Shown: positions 8,426 to 18,120, counted from the first letter of the stretch. The stretch: 64,000 bases of DNA from an uncultured Candidatus Saccharibacteria bacterium (GCA_964404795.1 CAYOLI010000002.1:71766-135765), one strand, 5' to 3'. Numbers and translations are program-made. Notes: generated by a model not told the origin, from the letters alone.

Positions 8426-9638
8426 CTCCTATTGTTATTCCCCGGACTGGTGAAAAGTTGGTGTATCTAGAAACTTGAAATACAATTCCAAGAGCCGCCA
8501 TAATAAACACCAAACTGGTACCGCCCAAACTAATAAAAGGCAAGGTAATTCCCTTTAGTGGGAGCAGACCCGTCATTGCCCCAATGTTTATTATAGCTTG
8601 TACACTGACCCAGGAAAGAACACCAACAACGACTAAACGAGAAAAGTTATCTTGAGTATGCGTAATAATCCGTTTCATCCTAGCAAACAACCAAATATAC
8701 AGTGCGATTACTAAGCTAACCCCAATAAAACCAAATTTTTCGGCAATAACCGCAAAAACTGAATCATTAGCTGCTTCTGGTAAGTACCCATACGCCTGTA
8801 CGCTCTTACCTAAGCCACGACCAAACATTCCTCCACTACCCACAGCAATTAGTGCCTGGCAGGCCTGATATCCACTGGCCTGGCAATCGGACGATGGGTT
8901 GAGAAACGTTTCTACCCTTTCTCTACGATAACTACTAGAAGAAATTGCAATAAAAGTACCCGCTAATAATATCGCCAATATCAAAGAGATCCTGCCAACC
9001 GGTAAACCAGCCGTAAAGGCCATTACCATCACAATGGCAGCCATCACCCCTGCTGAACCCAGGTCGCTCTCGAGCCCTGCCACAACTACCCCAATTAGTG
9101 CCAATAAAATTAGTATTGGTCGTAGTGTTTTTTGTGTTGAGCTCATACTGTTGGCGTCAATCCGAGCAACCAAAAAAACCGACAGCCCTATAACCAACGC
9201 CAACTTGATTAACTCGGCTACCTGAAACGATAGCCCTCCAGCTTGAATCCATCTAGACGCACCGTTTACTTCGTGATCAAAAAGCTGGACCATTATTGCT
9301 GCGATAATTGCTAACACAACCAATATTTTCCAACCGTTTCTCCAGGCCTTGATTGGTATAAAAGAGCTAATCCCAAACACTACTAAGCCCAACAATATAG
9401 CAATAACCTGTTTAAGCGTAAAGTAATTTTCGCTCACATTTCTGGATACTGCAAGACCAGGACTAATTGAATACACAACAATCAACCCAATACCCAGTAG
9501 CGACAAGCAGATAATAAGTATTTGATAATCGGGGCGATGTTTTCTTTGAGGCGCGCCATCTTGCCCTCCACCGCTACTACGAAGATCACGGCGTTGATAT
9601 GCAATTTTCGATGGTTTACGCACGGTTCGCTTAAACAT
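8352..9638 (-). CDS. ftsW: SEDS-family peptidoglycan polymerase FtsW/RodA
   Basis: A polytopic membrane protein with SEDS motifs (QPSEL-like FQVAELIKLAL, LPEAANDSVFAVIAEKFG, GITLPFISLGGTS). The dcw context supports the call. Confidence 0.85.
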   Translation of the reverse strand: MFKRTVRKPSKIAYQRRDLRSSGGGQDGAPQRKHRPDYQILIICLSLLGIGLIVVYSISPGLAVSRNVSENYFTLKQVIAILLGLVVFGISSFIPIKAWRNGWKILVVLAIIAAIMVQLFDHEVNGASRWIQAGGLSFQVAELIKLALVIGLSVFLVARIDANSMSSTQKTLRPILILLALIGVVVAGLESDLGSAGVMAAIVMVMAFTAGLPVGRISLILAILLAGTFIAISSSSYRRERVETFLNPSSDCQASGYQACQALIAVGSGGMFGRGLGKSVQAYGYLPEAANDSVFAVIAEKFGFIGVSLVIALYIWLFARMKRIITHTQDNFSRLVVVGVLSWVSVQAIINIGAMTGLLPLKGITLPFISLGGTSLVFIMAALGIVFQVSRYTNFSPVRGITIGDDASEDYASRRGKRRTYYASSIDR

Positions 9639-9781
9639 AAAATAATCTTAAGGAATTAATCTGCTTTGAAGTCGGCCCGTTGAGCCCTGATGTCGATATT
9701 GTATTAGTGAATGTTTGCATAGTTTTATTTTTACAATCTATCAACCTATTATACTGGTCAGAGGGCTATCAAGCCAACCCC

Positions 9782-11509
9782 TTATGGAGTCATCGGACTA
9801 ATTGAGTAGTTATTTATTAACATATCTACTACTTTACCGAACATAGGTGCTGCCGCCTTGGTACCAGCGTACCCGGGGACATGCGGCTCTATCATGCTAA
9901 CAATAATGACGTACCGCGGCATGTCGCCTCCTACATATCCAACAAAAGTCCCATTGTACCTATCGTCATAATAACCCCCACCTGGCTTAGGAATTTCTGC
10001 AGTTCCAGTTTTGCCCCCAACCTTATAGCCCGTACGTTTTAAGAAAGTGTAGTTTTTGTTTACTGAGTTTTCGTGCATTGCCATCATCTGCTCAGAGATT
10101 TCTGGCTTTAAGGCATTGCCATTTACTAGTATTGGTTTTCCGTCGCTTGGCTCTACCAAGTGTGGCTTGTAGTACTTACCTCCGTTTATTGTTGCCGAAA
10201 AAGCCGCAATAAATTGGATCGGCGTAATATTAATTCCTTGACCAAAAGCGGTATTGGCATACTGAATATTTAGGCCATAACCATCATTCGGATCAGGCAC
10301 AAAACCATCTGCTTCATACCCTTGCTCTATGCCCGTCTTCTTGCCAAAACCATAGTGTTTAGTAAGATAATCAAACCATTTATTTCTAGCTTGATCGTTT
10401 ATCTTGCCACCACCAAGTTGCATTAGTACCCATGTTGCACCAGTATTTAACGAGTATCTTAAGATATCAGCTGTCGAACGAGTAGCAGCCCCTCCATCCT
10501 CTTCAACATTTCTAATAGTTGCATCATCGACTTTCCAGTATCCTGGGTCTTGGTATGAGGTATTAGCGTTTATTACCCCCTCGTTCATGCCAGCTGCCAC
10601 GGTAAGTGTTTTCATAATTGAGCCAACTTCGAACGGGTAACTTACTGATGCATTATTGAATAACCCAGGGTCTTTAACCTTATAAAATTCTGCAGGATTA
10701 TATGACGGATAGTTTGCCATCGCTTTTATTGCCCCGGTATATGGATCCATAACAATAACGCTGCCCGACTTGGCCTTCACTGATGGAACATGGTCTTTAA
10801 GCATGTCTTCTACTTTGCGCTGCATACCCAAATCAATTGTTAAAGCAACTTGCTTGCCTGGAGTCGGGTCTTTACGAATATTATCTCCATTGGCTGCCAG
10901 TGGAACTCCACGTACATCCGTAATGGCCTTGAGTTCTCCTGGCTTACCTCGCAGCTGAGTATCTAACGCTTGTTCTATCCCGTAAGTTCCCTTTCCCTCA
11001 TCGTTAACAAAACCAAGAAGCTGGGCAGCTAGCGCCCCTTGAGGATAAGTTCTTACTGACTCGGTCCTTAAACCAATGCCTTTTAGGGCCATGCCAGTTA
11101 TCTGATCATTCTGCGATTTGCTAATCCTTTTTGCCAATATTGCATAACGCGTCGGTTGCTGTATTTTTTGCTCGTAATCTGACGGATTTCCCCCAACTAC
11201 CTTTGCTACATCTTCGGCTGTCTTTTTAGGGTCTTTAATATATTTTGGATCGGCAAAAACGGTATAAGTATCTTCATTTAGAACAATTGGCACTGAGGTG
11301 TCTCCATCGTGCGCGGTAATAATTCCTCTCTCTGCTGGTATTTCGTACTCTTTATATTGCCCATTCTGAGCTGCTTGTGCATAATATTTGTGCTGAATAA
11401 CTTGAATATAAAATAACCTAACAATAAAGATAGCAAAAACAAGCACAACCACCCCGTAAAATAAGTCGAGCCGCGTATTGCTAATTTTTGATGTTGGTTG
11501 TTGTTGCAT
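9782..11509 (-). CDS. ftsI: class B penicillin-binding protein (transpeptidase, FtsI/PBP2-like)
   Basis: An N-terminal TM segment is followed by a PBP dimerisation region and the SxxK (GSIMK), SxN (YSLNTG) and KTG (GKTGTA) motifs. Confidence 0.9.
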   Translation of the reverse strand: MQQQPTSKISNTRLDLFYGVVVLVFAIFIVRLFYIQVIQHKYYAQAAQNGQYKEYEIPAERGIITAHDGDTSVPIVLNEDTYTVFADPKYIKDPKKTAEDVAKVVGGNPSDYEQKIQQPTRYAILAKRISKSQNDQITGMALKGIGLRTESVRTYPQGALAAQLLGFVNDEGKGTYGIEQALDTQLRGKPGELKAITDVRGVPLAANGDNIRKDPTPGKQVALTIDLGMQRKVEDMLKDHVPSVKAKSGSVIVMDPYTGAIKAMANYPSYNPAEFYKVKDPGLFNNASVSYPFEVGSIMKTLTVAAGMNEGVINANTSYQDPGYWKVDDATIRNVEEDGGAATRSTADILRYSLNTGATWVLMQLGGGKINDQARNKWFDYLTKHYGFGKKTGIEQGYEADGFVPDPNDGYGLNIQYANTAFGQGINITPIQFIAAFSATINGGKYYKPHLVEPSDGKPILVNGNALKPEISEQMMAMHENSVNKNYTFLKRTGYKVGGKTGTAEIPKPGGGYYDDRYNGTFVGYVGGDMPRYVIIVSMIEPHVPGYAGTKAAAPMFGKVVDMLINNYSISPMTP

Positions 11510-11552
11510 AAACTGTGCGGATTGCTACTCTCGTGAAAAGTCCGTTAATCGA

Positions 11553-11897
11553 TCACCTGATGGTAGCAGTTGGAGCAACAGAAACTAGATCCTTAGCTGG
11601 TTTGCTATTAGCCACCCGATCGAGCGACTGAAGTCGAGCAGCACTAAGCTGAAGCTCATCGTGCTCTTTCTGAAGTTGAGTGTACTGCTTTTCAAAGTTG
11701 TCGACTTTATACCCACTGGCATTAGTTTTCGTAACCTGTGTAAGATACAAAAGCCCGATTAGACAACTTAAAACTACTAAAATTACCGTATTGCTGACTG
11801 GACCGATTGTTTTTGTCTGCTCGCTCCAGTTGATTGTATTTTTATGACGAGTTGCGAATTTTTTGCGCCCCATCGAAAGTGTGCTTGAATATGTCAT
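11553..11897 (-). CDS. ftsL: FtsL/septum-formation-initiator-like small bitopic protein
   Basis: 114 aa with one TM segment followed by a heptad-like segment (QYTQLQKEHDELQLSAARLQ). It lies between rsmH and the PBP gene. Confidence 0.5.
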   Translation of the reverse strand: MTYSSTLSMGRKKFATRHKNTINWSEQTKTIGPVSNTVILVVLSCLIGLLYLTQVTKTNASGYKVDNFEKQYTQLQKEHDELQLSAARLQSLDRVANSKPAKDLVSVAPTATIR

Positions 11898-12005
11898 ATC
11901 TCTCTTTTTTTATTTTTATTTTGGCGCTCTCCCTCAAATTTTTATCCGAGAGAGAGCTAAGACCTATTTATCCTTTTAAGATTTTATACAACCTTTACTT
12001 GGATT

Positions 12006-12941
12006 TTATAAGCCCTGGAGGTGCTTTTTACCTGTATAGGCATGTGCATCCCCTTTTCTATTTTTTATTTTCGCTACGGCTCGAAGTTTTGCACTTCTTG
12101 CACGCGGATTAAAAACTGTTTCATCCTTGGTGGCTGTAATAGGCGTCTTCGTCAAAATCTCGACCTCGGAATCGTAACGATTGCCCCCTGCATCGGCAAA
12201 TACTTGTTTGACTATCCGATCTTCTAAGCTATGAAAAGATATTATTGCCAATCGGCCATTGTCTTTTAAGAGCTCAATCCACAGCGGTAATGCATGCTCA
12301 AGCAATGTTAATTCTTGGTTTACGGCAATCCTTAACGCCTGAAACACTTGAGTAGCTGGATGGATTTTTTGATTTCGACTCGAAAATCGAGCTACAACCT
12401 GGGCTAACTGGGTAGTAGTTTCGTATGGTCTATTTTTTACAATCTGCTCAGCCAGCATTTTTGATCGCCTAACCTCGCCGTAATCTCGCAATATTTTGGC
12501 AAGATTAGCAGTATCAAGATTATTTACCAAAGATTTGGCATCTTGTGATTGACTTTGGTCCATACGCATATCTAACGGCCCTTCTTTAGAAAAAGAGAAC
12601 CCCCTGATAGCATTGTCAAGGTGCGGTGACGATACTCCAAGATCGGCAAAAATTATGTCGAACGACTTACCTTGGATAGACAATTTCTTACTCGCAGATA
12701 AAAAATTATCGTGTAGAATGTTTACCGATTTATTTCCGGCAAATTTCTCTTTGAGATAAGTGATTGCACTTTGATCACGATCAACAAGGGTCATTTGACC
12801 ACTTGGAGCAATCTCTCTGGCAACTACTTCTGCGTGCCCACCATAACCAGCCGTAAGATCTAAATATCTCTCACCCGATTGTGGTTTTAGCACCTCTAGA
12901 ACTTCTTCTAGAAGTACCGGCTTGTGTTTTTTTTGACTCAT
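12006..12941 (-). CDS. rsmH: 16S rRNA (cytosine1402-N4)-methyltransferase RsmH
   Basis: HKPVLLEEVLEVL, DLTAGYGGHA, DLGVSSPHLD and SFHSLEDRIVK motifs are present. Confidence 0.95.
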   Translation of the reverse strand: MSQKKHKPVLLEEVLEVLKPQSGERYLDLTAGYGGHAEVVAREIAPSGQMTLVDRDQSAITYLKEKFAGNKSVNILHDNFLSASKKLSIQGKSFDIIFADLGVSSPHLDNAIRGFSFSKEGPLDMRMDQSQSQDAKSLVNNLDTANLAKILRDYGEVRRSKMLAEQIVKNRPYETTTQLAQVVARFSSRNQKIHPATQVFQALRIAVNQELTLLEHALPLWIELLKDNGRLAIISFHSLEDRIVKQVFADAGGNRYDSEVEILTKTPITATKDETVFNPRARSAKLRAVAKIKNRKGDAHAYTGKKHLQGL

Positions 12942-13271
12942 TTTTGTTTTTCTTTTTGTATTTATGCCTGTAAATATTATTTACAAGATCACCTATTCAG
13001 CAGCCAGTTTTTTGTTTTTTTATAGTTTTTGTTTTTGTTTTAGGAAGAAAAGATATTTATCAATTTTACAGATTGATAGATAACACTTCCTAAATAAGTT
13101 TTAGAGACTTATGTGTGAGGTGGAGTTTTGGGAGGTGTTTTTTATAGAAAGAACAAGGGTTTTGTAGTGGTTATCCCTAATTTCCACTTACTGACTGCCA
13201 AATAGCTAACCTCGGCCCGCTATTTGACATATTTTTTGCCTAATTGTTAAAGTGCACGCAACCAAAAACCG

Positions 13272-13643
13272 TTATTTTGCTTGTTCTGGTGCCATTAGCC
13301 GCCAATATCTACCAACTCCAACCGCAACGATATCTTTATCTATACCAGCATACTCAAGTTGGTGCTGTTCTAGAGTAATCCGACCTTGCTTGTCGTCAAT
13401 ATTAGTCTCGACTTTTCCCATTCGAAATCTAACATTCAGATCAGCAATCCGCTCATCTAAGATATCGCCATCAAGGCGTGGCTCTACAGATCTATCCCAG
13501 ACATCTTTTGGGTACAGGTGTAGATAGTTGCCAAATCCTCTTGTAATGACTGCCCCGTTTGCAAATACACCCCGAAGTTCAACAGGTAAGCTTAACCTGC
13601 GCTTCGAATCCAATTTGCGCTCAAAGTAGTCCAGATTTGACAT
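13272..13643 (-). CDS. mraZ: transcriptional regulator MraZ (short form, 123 aa)
   Basis: FERKLDSKRRLSLPVELR and the second half-repeat DKQGRITLEQ are typical of the duplicated MraZ/SpoVT-AbrB fold. It is the first gene of the dcw cluster. Confidence 0.85.
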   Translation of the reverse strand: MSNLDYFERKLDSKRRLSLPVELRGVFANGAVITRGFGNYLHLYPKDVWDRSVEPRLDGDILDERIADLNVRFRMGKVETNIDDKQGRITLEQHQLEYAGIDKDIVAVGVGRYWRLMAPEQAK

Positions 13644-13715
13644 TGATGGCCTTCTATTAATTTACTAGTGGTTTTTTTGTTTTTTGGTAAGTAAAACTAT
13701 TTTGGTTCTACTTAC

Positions 13716-13812
13716 GTTTTCCCACTAACAATAGCTTACTACCCACTACTCCCCACAATCAACCCCTCTCTACCCACTTATATACCAAAATGCTTGGAGT
13801 TATCCACAAGTT
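13716..13812 (-). promoter_or_regulatory. array of phased GTGG(G/A) boxes, putative MraZ operator
   Basis: The plus-strand CCCAC motif occurs at 13721, 13742, 13752 and 13773, plus TCCAC at 13803, with spacings of 21, 10, 21 and 30 bp. The 9-mer CTACCCACT is repeated at 13739 and 13770. The boxes lie 78-165 nt upstream of the mraZ start. Confidence 0.55.
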
Positions 13813-13857
13813 TGTATTAAAACGCAATATATAGCGTTATGTACTTCTTGACCAACG

Positions 13858-15018
13858 CTAAATGTTTTTCTGGTAGTCTGGTCCGTCCTTTGCAAATCGG
13901 ATAGATCGCGCAACTGCGTCTGCTATAAAAACAGAATTTTCGGTGTGAGCATGAGGAGTACATCCTGTCGATTTTAGAATTTGCATGTCCAAAATACCTA
14001 ATTTTAAATCGGCTATGGCTTTTTTCACCCCACCCCCGACTTTGCTAGCTTCACCAAATTCAATGGTAACCGGTATCTCCTCGTCCACGGCGACTTCCAG
14101 GGCGGATCTTAACTTGTTTTCTGCCATCTCTGATAAAACCCGACTGTTGTTTACTAAATTCCTATGAAATATATTTTTGGGACTATATTTTTCTTTATCG
14201 TCGTCGGCCAATTTAATTCTTGGCAAAGGCCCCTGGTCCGACCATGTATTATTAATTTTCAAATCTTTGCCGTCACATACATATGCTCTCAACACTTCCG
14301 ACATCGTGCGTTTAGTATAAGATGGATATTCGCTGAGCAACATGCTCTCGATCTTAGGCGGCTCTGTGATTGTCTTGCCAAAATAATCTGCTTTGTTGCC
14401 AGCAAGGTCTCCGACCACAGATGCCCCCAAACCTACACCGGCCAAATGCAAACTTTTGTATCCAATAGCTCTTACCGTATAAGCAATTGATTGCCCCAGC
14501 AGATCCACCACTTTGGTTTGCCTATCAATTTTGGGGTGCCAATCGAGTGATGGCGAGGAAAATGCAAGAACTGGTAGGTATTTCCCTTTTTCGTCAGTGA
14601 CGCCAGATTGCTTTAGCACCTCTCTGGTAAAATCGGCACTTATTAAATTCGAAATTCGGCTGGTATCTAGCCCCCTTGGTCTTTTCCCTCCATTTTCTAC
14701 AAATTCAGTATATTGTCCTTCAAAGTCAGTATTCCATTTTGGCGACAAAGGTGACGCCCAAGAATTTTGCCAAACTACGGCCTCTGTGGTTGAGTATTCG
14801 TTGTGGCTACCGTTTAGAATTGCCAGTGGCTGGATATGCGCGCCCGTTCCGGCAAGTCCCTTTGGATGATTACTCAACGAGTTAAACAATTTGCGAAAAT
14901 ACGCTCTTGGATCAAACAAAAAATCGTAATCATAATCTCTGAGTGCTTGTTTTGTTTCAAACATAAGCCCTCTTGGATTAACCGTTGTATCTTTAAACTC
15001 GTACTCGTGCAAAATCAT
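13858..15018 (-). CDS. hypothetical protein (386 aa), possibly an alpha/beta-hydrolase-like fold with a degenerate nucleophile
   Basis: SLHLAGVGLGASVVGDLAG resembles a nucleophile elbow (Sm-x-Nu-x-Sm), but Gly occupies the Ser position. No other motif was recognised. Confidence 0.5.
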   Translation of the reverse strand: MILHEYEFKDTTVNPRGLMFETKQALRDYDYDFLFDPRAYFRKLFNSLSNHPKGLAGTGAHIQPLAILNGSHNEYSTTEAVVWQNSWASPLSPKWNTDFEGQYTEFVENGGKRPRGLDTSRISNLISADFTREVLKQSGVTDEKGKYLPVLAFSSPSLDWHPKIDRQTKVVDLLGQSIAYTVRAIGYKSLHLAGVGLGASVVGDLAGNKADYFGKTITEPPKIESMLLSEYPSYTKRTMSEVLRAYVCDGKDLKINNTWSDQGPLPRIKLADDDKEKYSPKNIFHRNLVNNSRVLSEMAENKLRSALEVAVDEEIPVTIEFGEASKVGGGVKKAIADLKLGILDMQILKSTGCTPHAHTENSVFIADAVARSIRFAKDGPDYQKNI

Positions 15019-15107
15019 ATTTTTTATAATTTAATACTATTGATTTTACTACAAATTTATTATATTTTCAATTCTTAAAACATTAGCTAACCAATGTATT
15101 TTTGCAC

Positions 15108-15818
15108 CTAAATGGCGGCGCTAATTAAGATTGGCATGTGATCTGACAACCCTCGAGGTAAGGTTTTTACGGTTTCAATCTGGGCATTGAGCGAAGTCAC
15201 AAAGTCAAAATGCCCCTTGAAAAACAAATTTTTATAAGTTGGCCTGTCGGCAAGCAACATTTCATATCCATAACTTTCGATAAAATATCTTAGTTGCTTT
15301 TTAAACATCGGGTAGTTGTAGTCTCCCACCATTATGACGGGTGTATCTTCGTCGCCACGACTCAGCTTTTTGTAAGCATCGGCAATCTGATGACGACGCA
15401 TACTATTTGGCGTAACCAAATGGGTTGCATGAAACGAAGCAATATGGATTTTTTTCTTTAGCGAGTTATCATAAAATTCAACGAACAATAACCGTTCTCG
15501 GTCCTGTGAAAGGATTTTCTTATATAGAATTTTTTCGTAAAATGTCTCCTCTAGCAAACAACTTTCGGTATGCAAATTAGAAAATCTCTGTTTGTCGGCA
15601 TAAATAGCAAGCCCTAAATGACCTGTTTTAGTTGTACCCTGAATATGTAAGTTACCGATCTTAGAAGGCATTTTTTTTGAATAGCATTCTTGAATACAAA
15701 CAATATCTGTTTCATGCTTAATCACCAGTTCATCAAGTTCGCCTAGCGCCTTATTAAATTTAAGGTTGTAACTAAGTATATTAACGTGGTTTACTTTTTC
15801 GGCTTTGTATTGTTGCAT
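15108..15818 (-). CDS. endonuclease/exonuclease/phosphatase (EEP) family protein
   Basis: ILSYNLKFN, DIVCIQEC, VGDYNYP and SDHMPI motifs are present. I prefer the ATG at 15818 (MQQYKAEK), which avoids overlap with the upstream gene; the longest ORF runs to 15887. Confidence 0.8.
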   Translation of the reverse strand: MQQYKAEKVNHVNILSYNLKFNKALGELDELVIKHETDIVCIQECYSKKMPSKIGNLHIQGTTKTGHLGLAIYADKQRFSNLHTESCLLEETFYEKILYKKILSQDRERLLFVEFYDNSLKKKIHIASFHATHLVTPNSMRRHQIADAYKKLSRGDEDTPVIMVGDYNYPMFKKQLRYFIESYGYEMLLADRPTYKNLFFKGHFDFVTSLNAQIETVKTLPRGLSDHMPILISAAI

Positions 15819-15853
15819 TTCTTTTATGTTTATATTATACAGCAATATGCAAG

Positions 15854-17119
15854 TTAGCGATTTTGAGCCAACCAATTTGCAAACCATCTTGCACTTGGCC
15901 TAATGGTTCTCTTCATGTTGCGTTTTCTGTCCACTTCTACTAGGCCAAACTTGGGCCACCAGCCATACCGCCACTCAAAATTATCTAGCAAACTCCAGTA
16001 GAAGTAACCACGCAAATCGACTCCTTCGCTAATTGCTTTTTCCATGGCTATGATTGTTTCCTGCAACCACCATTGACGATATTCATCGTTCTCATCTGCC
16101 AGACCATTTTCGGTAACAAAAATCGGTTTTTTGTAGTGAGCCCATGTTCGAAGCAACAAAGGATATAAACCCTCTGGCTCCATGTACCAACCCATATCAT
16201 TTAATGGAACTTTTGGATTATCACGTTTACCTAACCCACGATAATAATCACTAAAATAATAATTGATACCCACAAAATCTTGATGCCGCCGAATACGGTT
16301 TAAAAACCACCAATTCCAAAAATATCGCATAAATCTGGTAGTTAATATATCTAGCAAATTTCGTGGTCTTTTGGCTTGAATGTTCGCCAGCGGCGCTGCA
16401 TTACCAACCTGAATAGTGGGCTTGTGTTTTTTTAAAATTTTATATGCCCGCTTATGACATTTAGCCAAGTTCCAGTAAACCATTGTTGCCTGAATAATAT
16501 TACGTTTCTGTGGAGGCCACTCCCCCATCAAATAACCGAAAGCAGTGTAGTTACTTGGCTCATTTAGTACAATGACATATTCAACCTCGTCAATAAGTTC
16601 TTTGGCTATTTTGCTAACAAAATTATCAAAATACTTTAAATTCGAACCTTTCTCAAAACCACCTTTTTCAACAAACCAAACCGGTAAAGTCCAGTGCCAA
16701 ATATTTAAAAATGGCTCAACCTTTTTTCGTCTAAGTTCTTTTATGTATTTTTTGTAGTGCTCGATGGCTTCTTTGTTCCACTTGCCTTCCTCGGGTTCTA
16801 TCCGAGACCATTCGACAGTAAAACGGAAAGAATTAAAATTTAGCGAGGTTAAAATATCAAAATCTTCTTTGTAACGATTATAGTGATCAACACCCTCTCC
16901 TGAAACGTAATTATCTGGTTCTTCTGCCGCGTTTCTAACTTCGTACCATCTAGGTAACCAGCTAAGGTGTTGGTGGGCTGTTTGTGCTAGGTCCCTAGCA
17001 TTCGCTAGCTCCCAAACAGACCATTGGTTATGATTACCGCCCTCGACCTGATGTGATGCGGTCGATGCCCCCCAAAAAAAATGTTTTGGAAAGACATTGT
17101 TAGATTCATCTTGTTTCAT
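15854..17119 (-). CDS. glycoside hydrolase family 1 beta-glucosidase
   Basis: FFWGASTASHQVEGG at the N-terminus, LNEP (acid/base Glu) and VTENG (nucleophile Glu) are present. Confidence 0.9.
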   Translation of the reverse strand: MKQDESNNVFPKHFFWGASTASHQVEGGNHNQWSVWELANARDLAQTAHQHLSWLPRWYEVRNAAEEPDNYVSGEGVDHYNRYKEDFDILTSLNFNSFRFTVEWSRIEPEEGKWNKEAIEHYKKYIKELRRKKVEPFLNIWHWTLPVWFVEKGGFEKGSNLKYFDNFVSKIAKELIDEVEYVIVLNEPSNYTAFGYLMGEWPPQKRNIIQATMVYWNLAKCHKRAYKILKKHKPTIQVGNAAPLANIQAKRPRNLLDILTTRFMRYFWNWWFLNRIRRHQDFVGINYYFSDYYRGLGKRDNPKVPLNDMGWYMEPEGLYPLLLRTWAHYKKPIFVTENGLADENDEYRQWWLQETIIAMEKAISEGVDLRGYFYWSLLDNFEWRYGWWPKFGLVEVDRKRNMKRTIRPSARWFANWLAQNR

Positions 17120-17143
17120 GTTATCCCTATCATAACAAATTTA

Positions 17144-17722
17144 TTATGCTTTATTTTTTAGCGGTTTTTTTCGATCAAAATATTGCAATTTCTTCTTTTT
17201 GACATCTAGTCGTTCGATATAATTCTCGAACGACTTCAGCAAGCTCGAATATTGCCTATTGGGAGCTAACACCTTCAGTAACTTTTGATTGTCTTTTAAA
17301 TATTCAATCAATCCATAAAAATCTCCATCGCCAGATACCAAAATGGCCTTGTCATAATTTGGCAATTCTTTCATCGCATAAAGTACTAAATCCGCATCAA
17401 TATTACCCTTTGTCGGGGGCTTATCTTTTTGGTTTTTTTCATCTTTTTGCAAATTCATATCCAGTGTTGGCTTAAGTACTACCAAATACCCAAGCTCGTG
17501 CATGTATTCGTATAAATCCTCGTGCTCTTGCATGTAACCAATAAACATATATGCATTGCTTACGCCGTATTCTTCTTTTAAATATTGCCTAAATTTTCGC
17601 CAATCCATTTTCCATCCAGCTTTTTGGATACCAAGGTTTAAGTTTTGGCTATCAATAAAGGCGTATGTTTTATATTGTTTTTTTTGACTGCGATTTTTCG
17701 TAATTTTTTTAAATTTCATCAT
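17144..17722 (-). CDS. NYN-domain (LabA-like) putative ribonuclease
   Basis: AFIDSQNL, FIGY and LVSGDGDF motifs of NYN/LabA are present. An ATGA overlap links it to the upstream 133-aa gene. Confidence 0.75.
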   Translation of the reverse strand: MMKFKKITKNRSQKKQYKTYAFIDSQNLNLGIQKAGWKMDWRKFRQYLKEEYGVSNAYMFIGYMQEHEDLYEYMHELGYLVVLKPTLDMNLQKDEKNQKDKPPTKGNIDADLVLYAMKELPNYDKAILVSGDGDFYGLIEYLKDNQKLLKVLAPNRQYSSLLKSFENYIERLDVKKKKLQYFDRKKPLKNKA

Positions 17723-18120
17723 TTCCCTTCTTCTAGCAAGGCCAAAAATACGTATTCAATCCCTGCCGGAACTGCAAATGGCATCCACTGGGCAATCTTT
17801 TTCTGATTAATATTTTTGTAAAACCTTGCGCCAAGAGTTTGCTCAAAAACAGTTTGTTTTTTTGGAGTTATAAACTTTAACAGTTTATGTCCCGACCATT
17901 TCTCGATTTTTCGCTTAAGATCTGTTAAATCCTCTACAATGTGCGTGCTAAACAGGGTATATGAAAACCCCATCTTGCTTTTTATCAGAACTAACTCATC
18001 GTCTTTTTGGTGTTCGACCTTAATAATACTCATCACGTTACCGTGGTTTTTTGGCAATACAAACTGCGTAAGCTTGTTGCTTGCCGAGTCATAACTAAAC
18101 TGCTTATTTGCCCCCATCAC
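17719..18120 (-). CDS. hypothetical protein (133 aa)
   Basis: The ORF is translationally coupled to the NYN gene by its TGA overlapping that gene's ATG. No motif was recognised. Confidence 0.5.
   Translation of the reverse strand: MMGANKQFSYDSASNKLTQFVLPKNHGNVMSIIKVEHQKDDELVLIKSKMGFSYTLFSTHIVEDLTDLKRKIEKWSGHKLLKFITPKKQTVFEQTLGARFYKNINQKKIAQWMPFAVPAGIEYVFLALLEEGK

Noticed and set aside
13800-13808. A perfect DnaA-box consensus TTATCCACA, and a near-match TTTTCCACA at 6153-6161. These raised the possibility of a replication origin.
   Set aside because: Both are single isolated boxes, with no cluster, no adjacent AT-rich unwinding element and no dnaA/dnaN nearby. The 13800 box is in helical phase with the GTGGG array on the mraZ strand (it reads TGTGGATAA) and is better explained as part of that operator.
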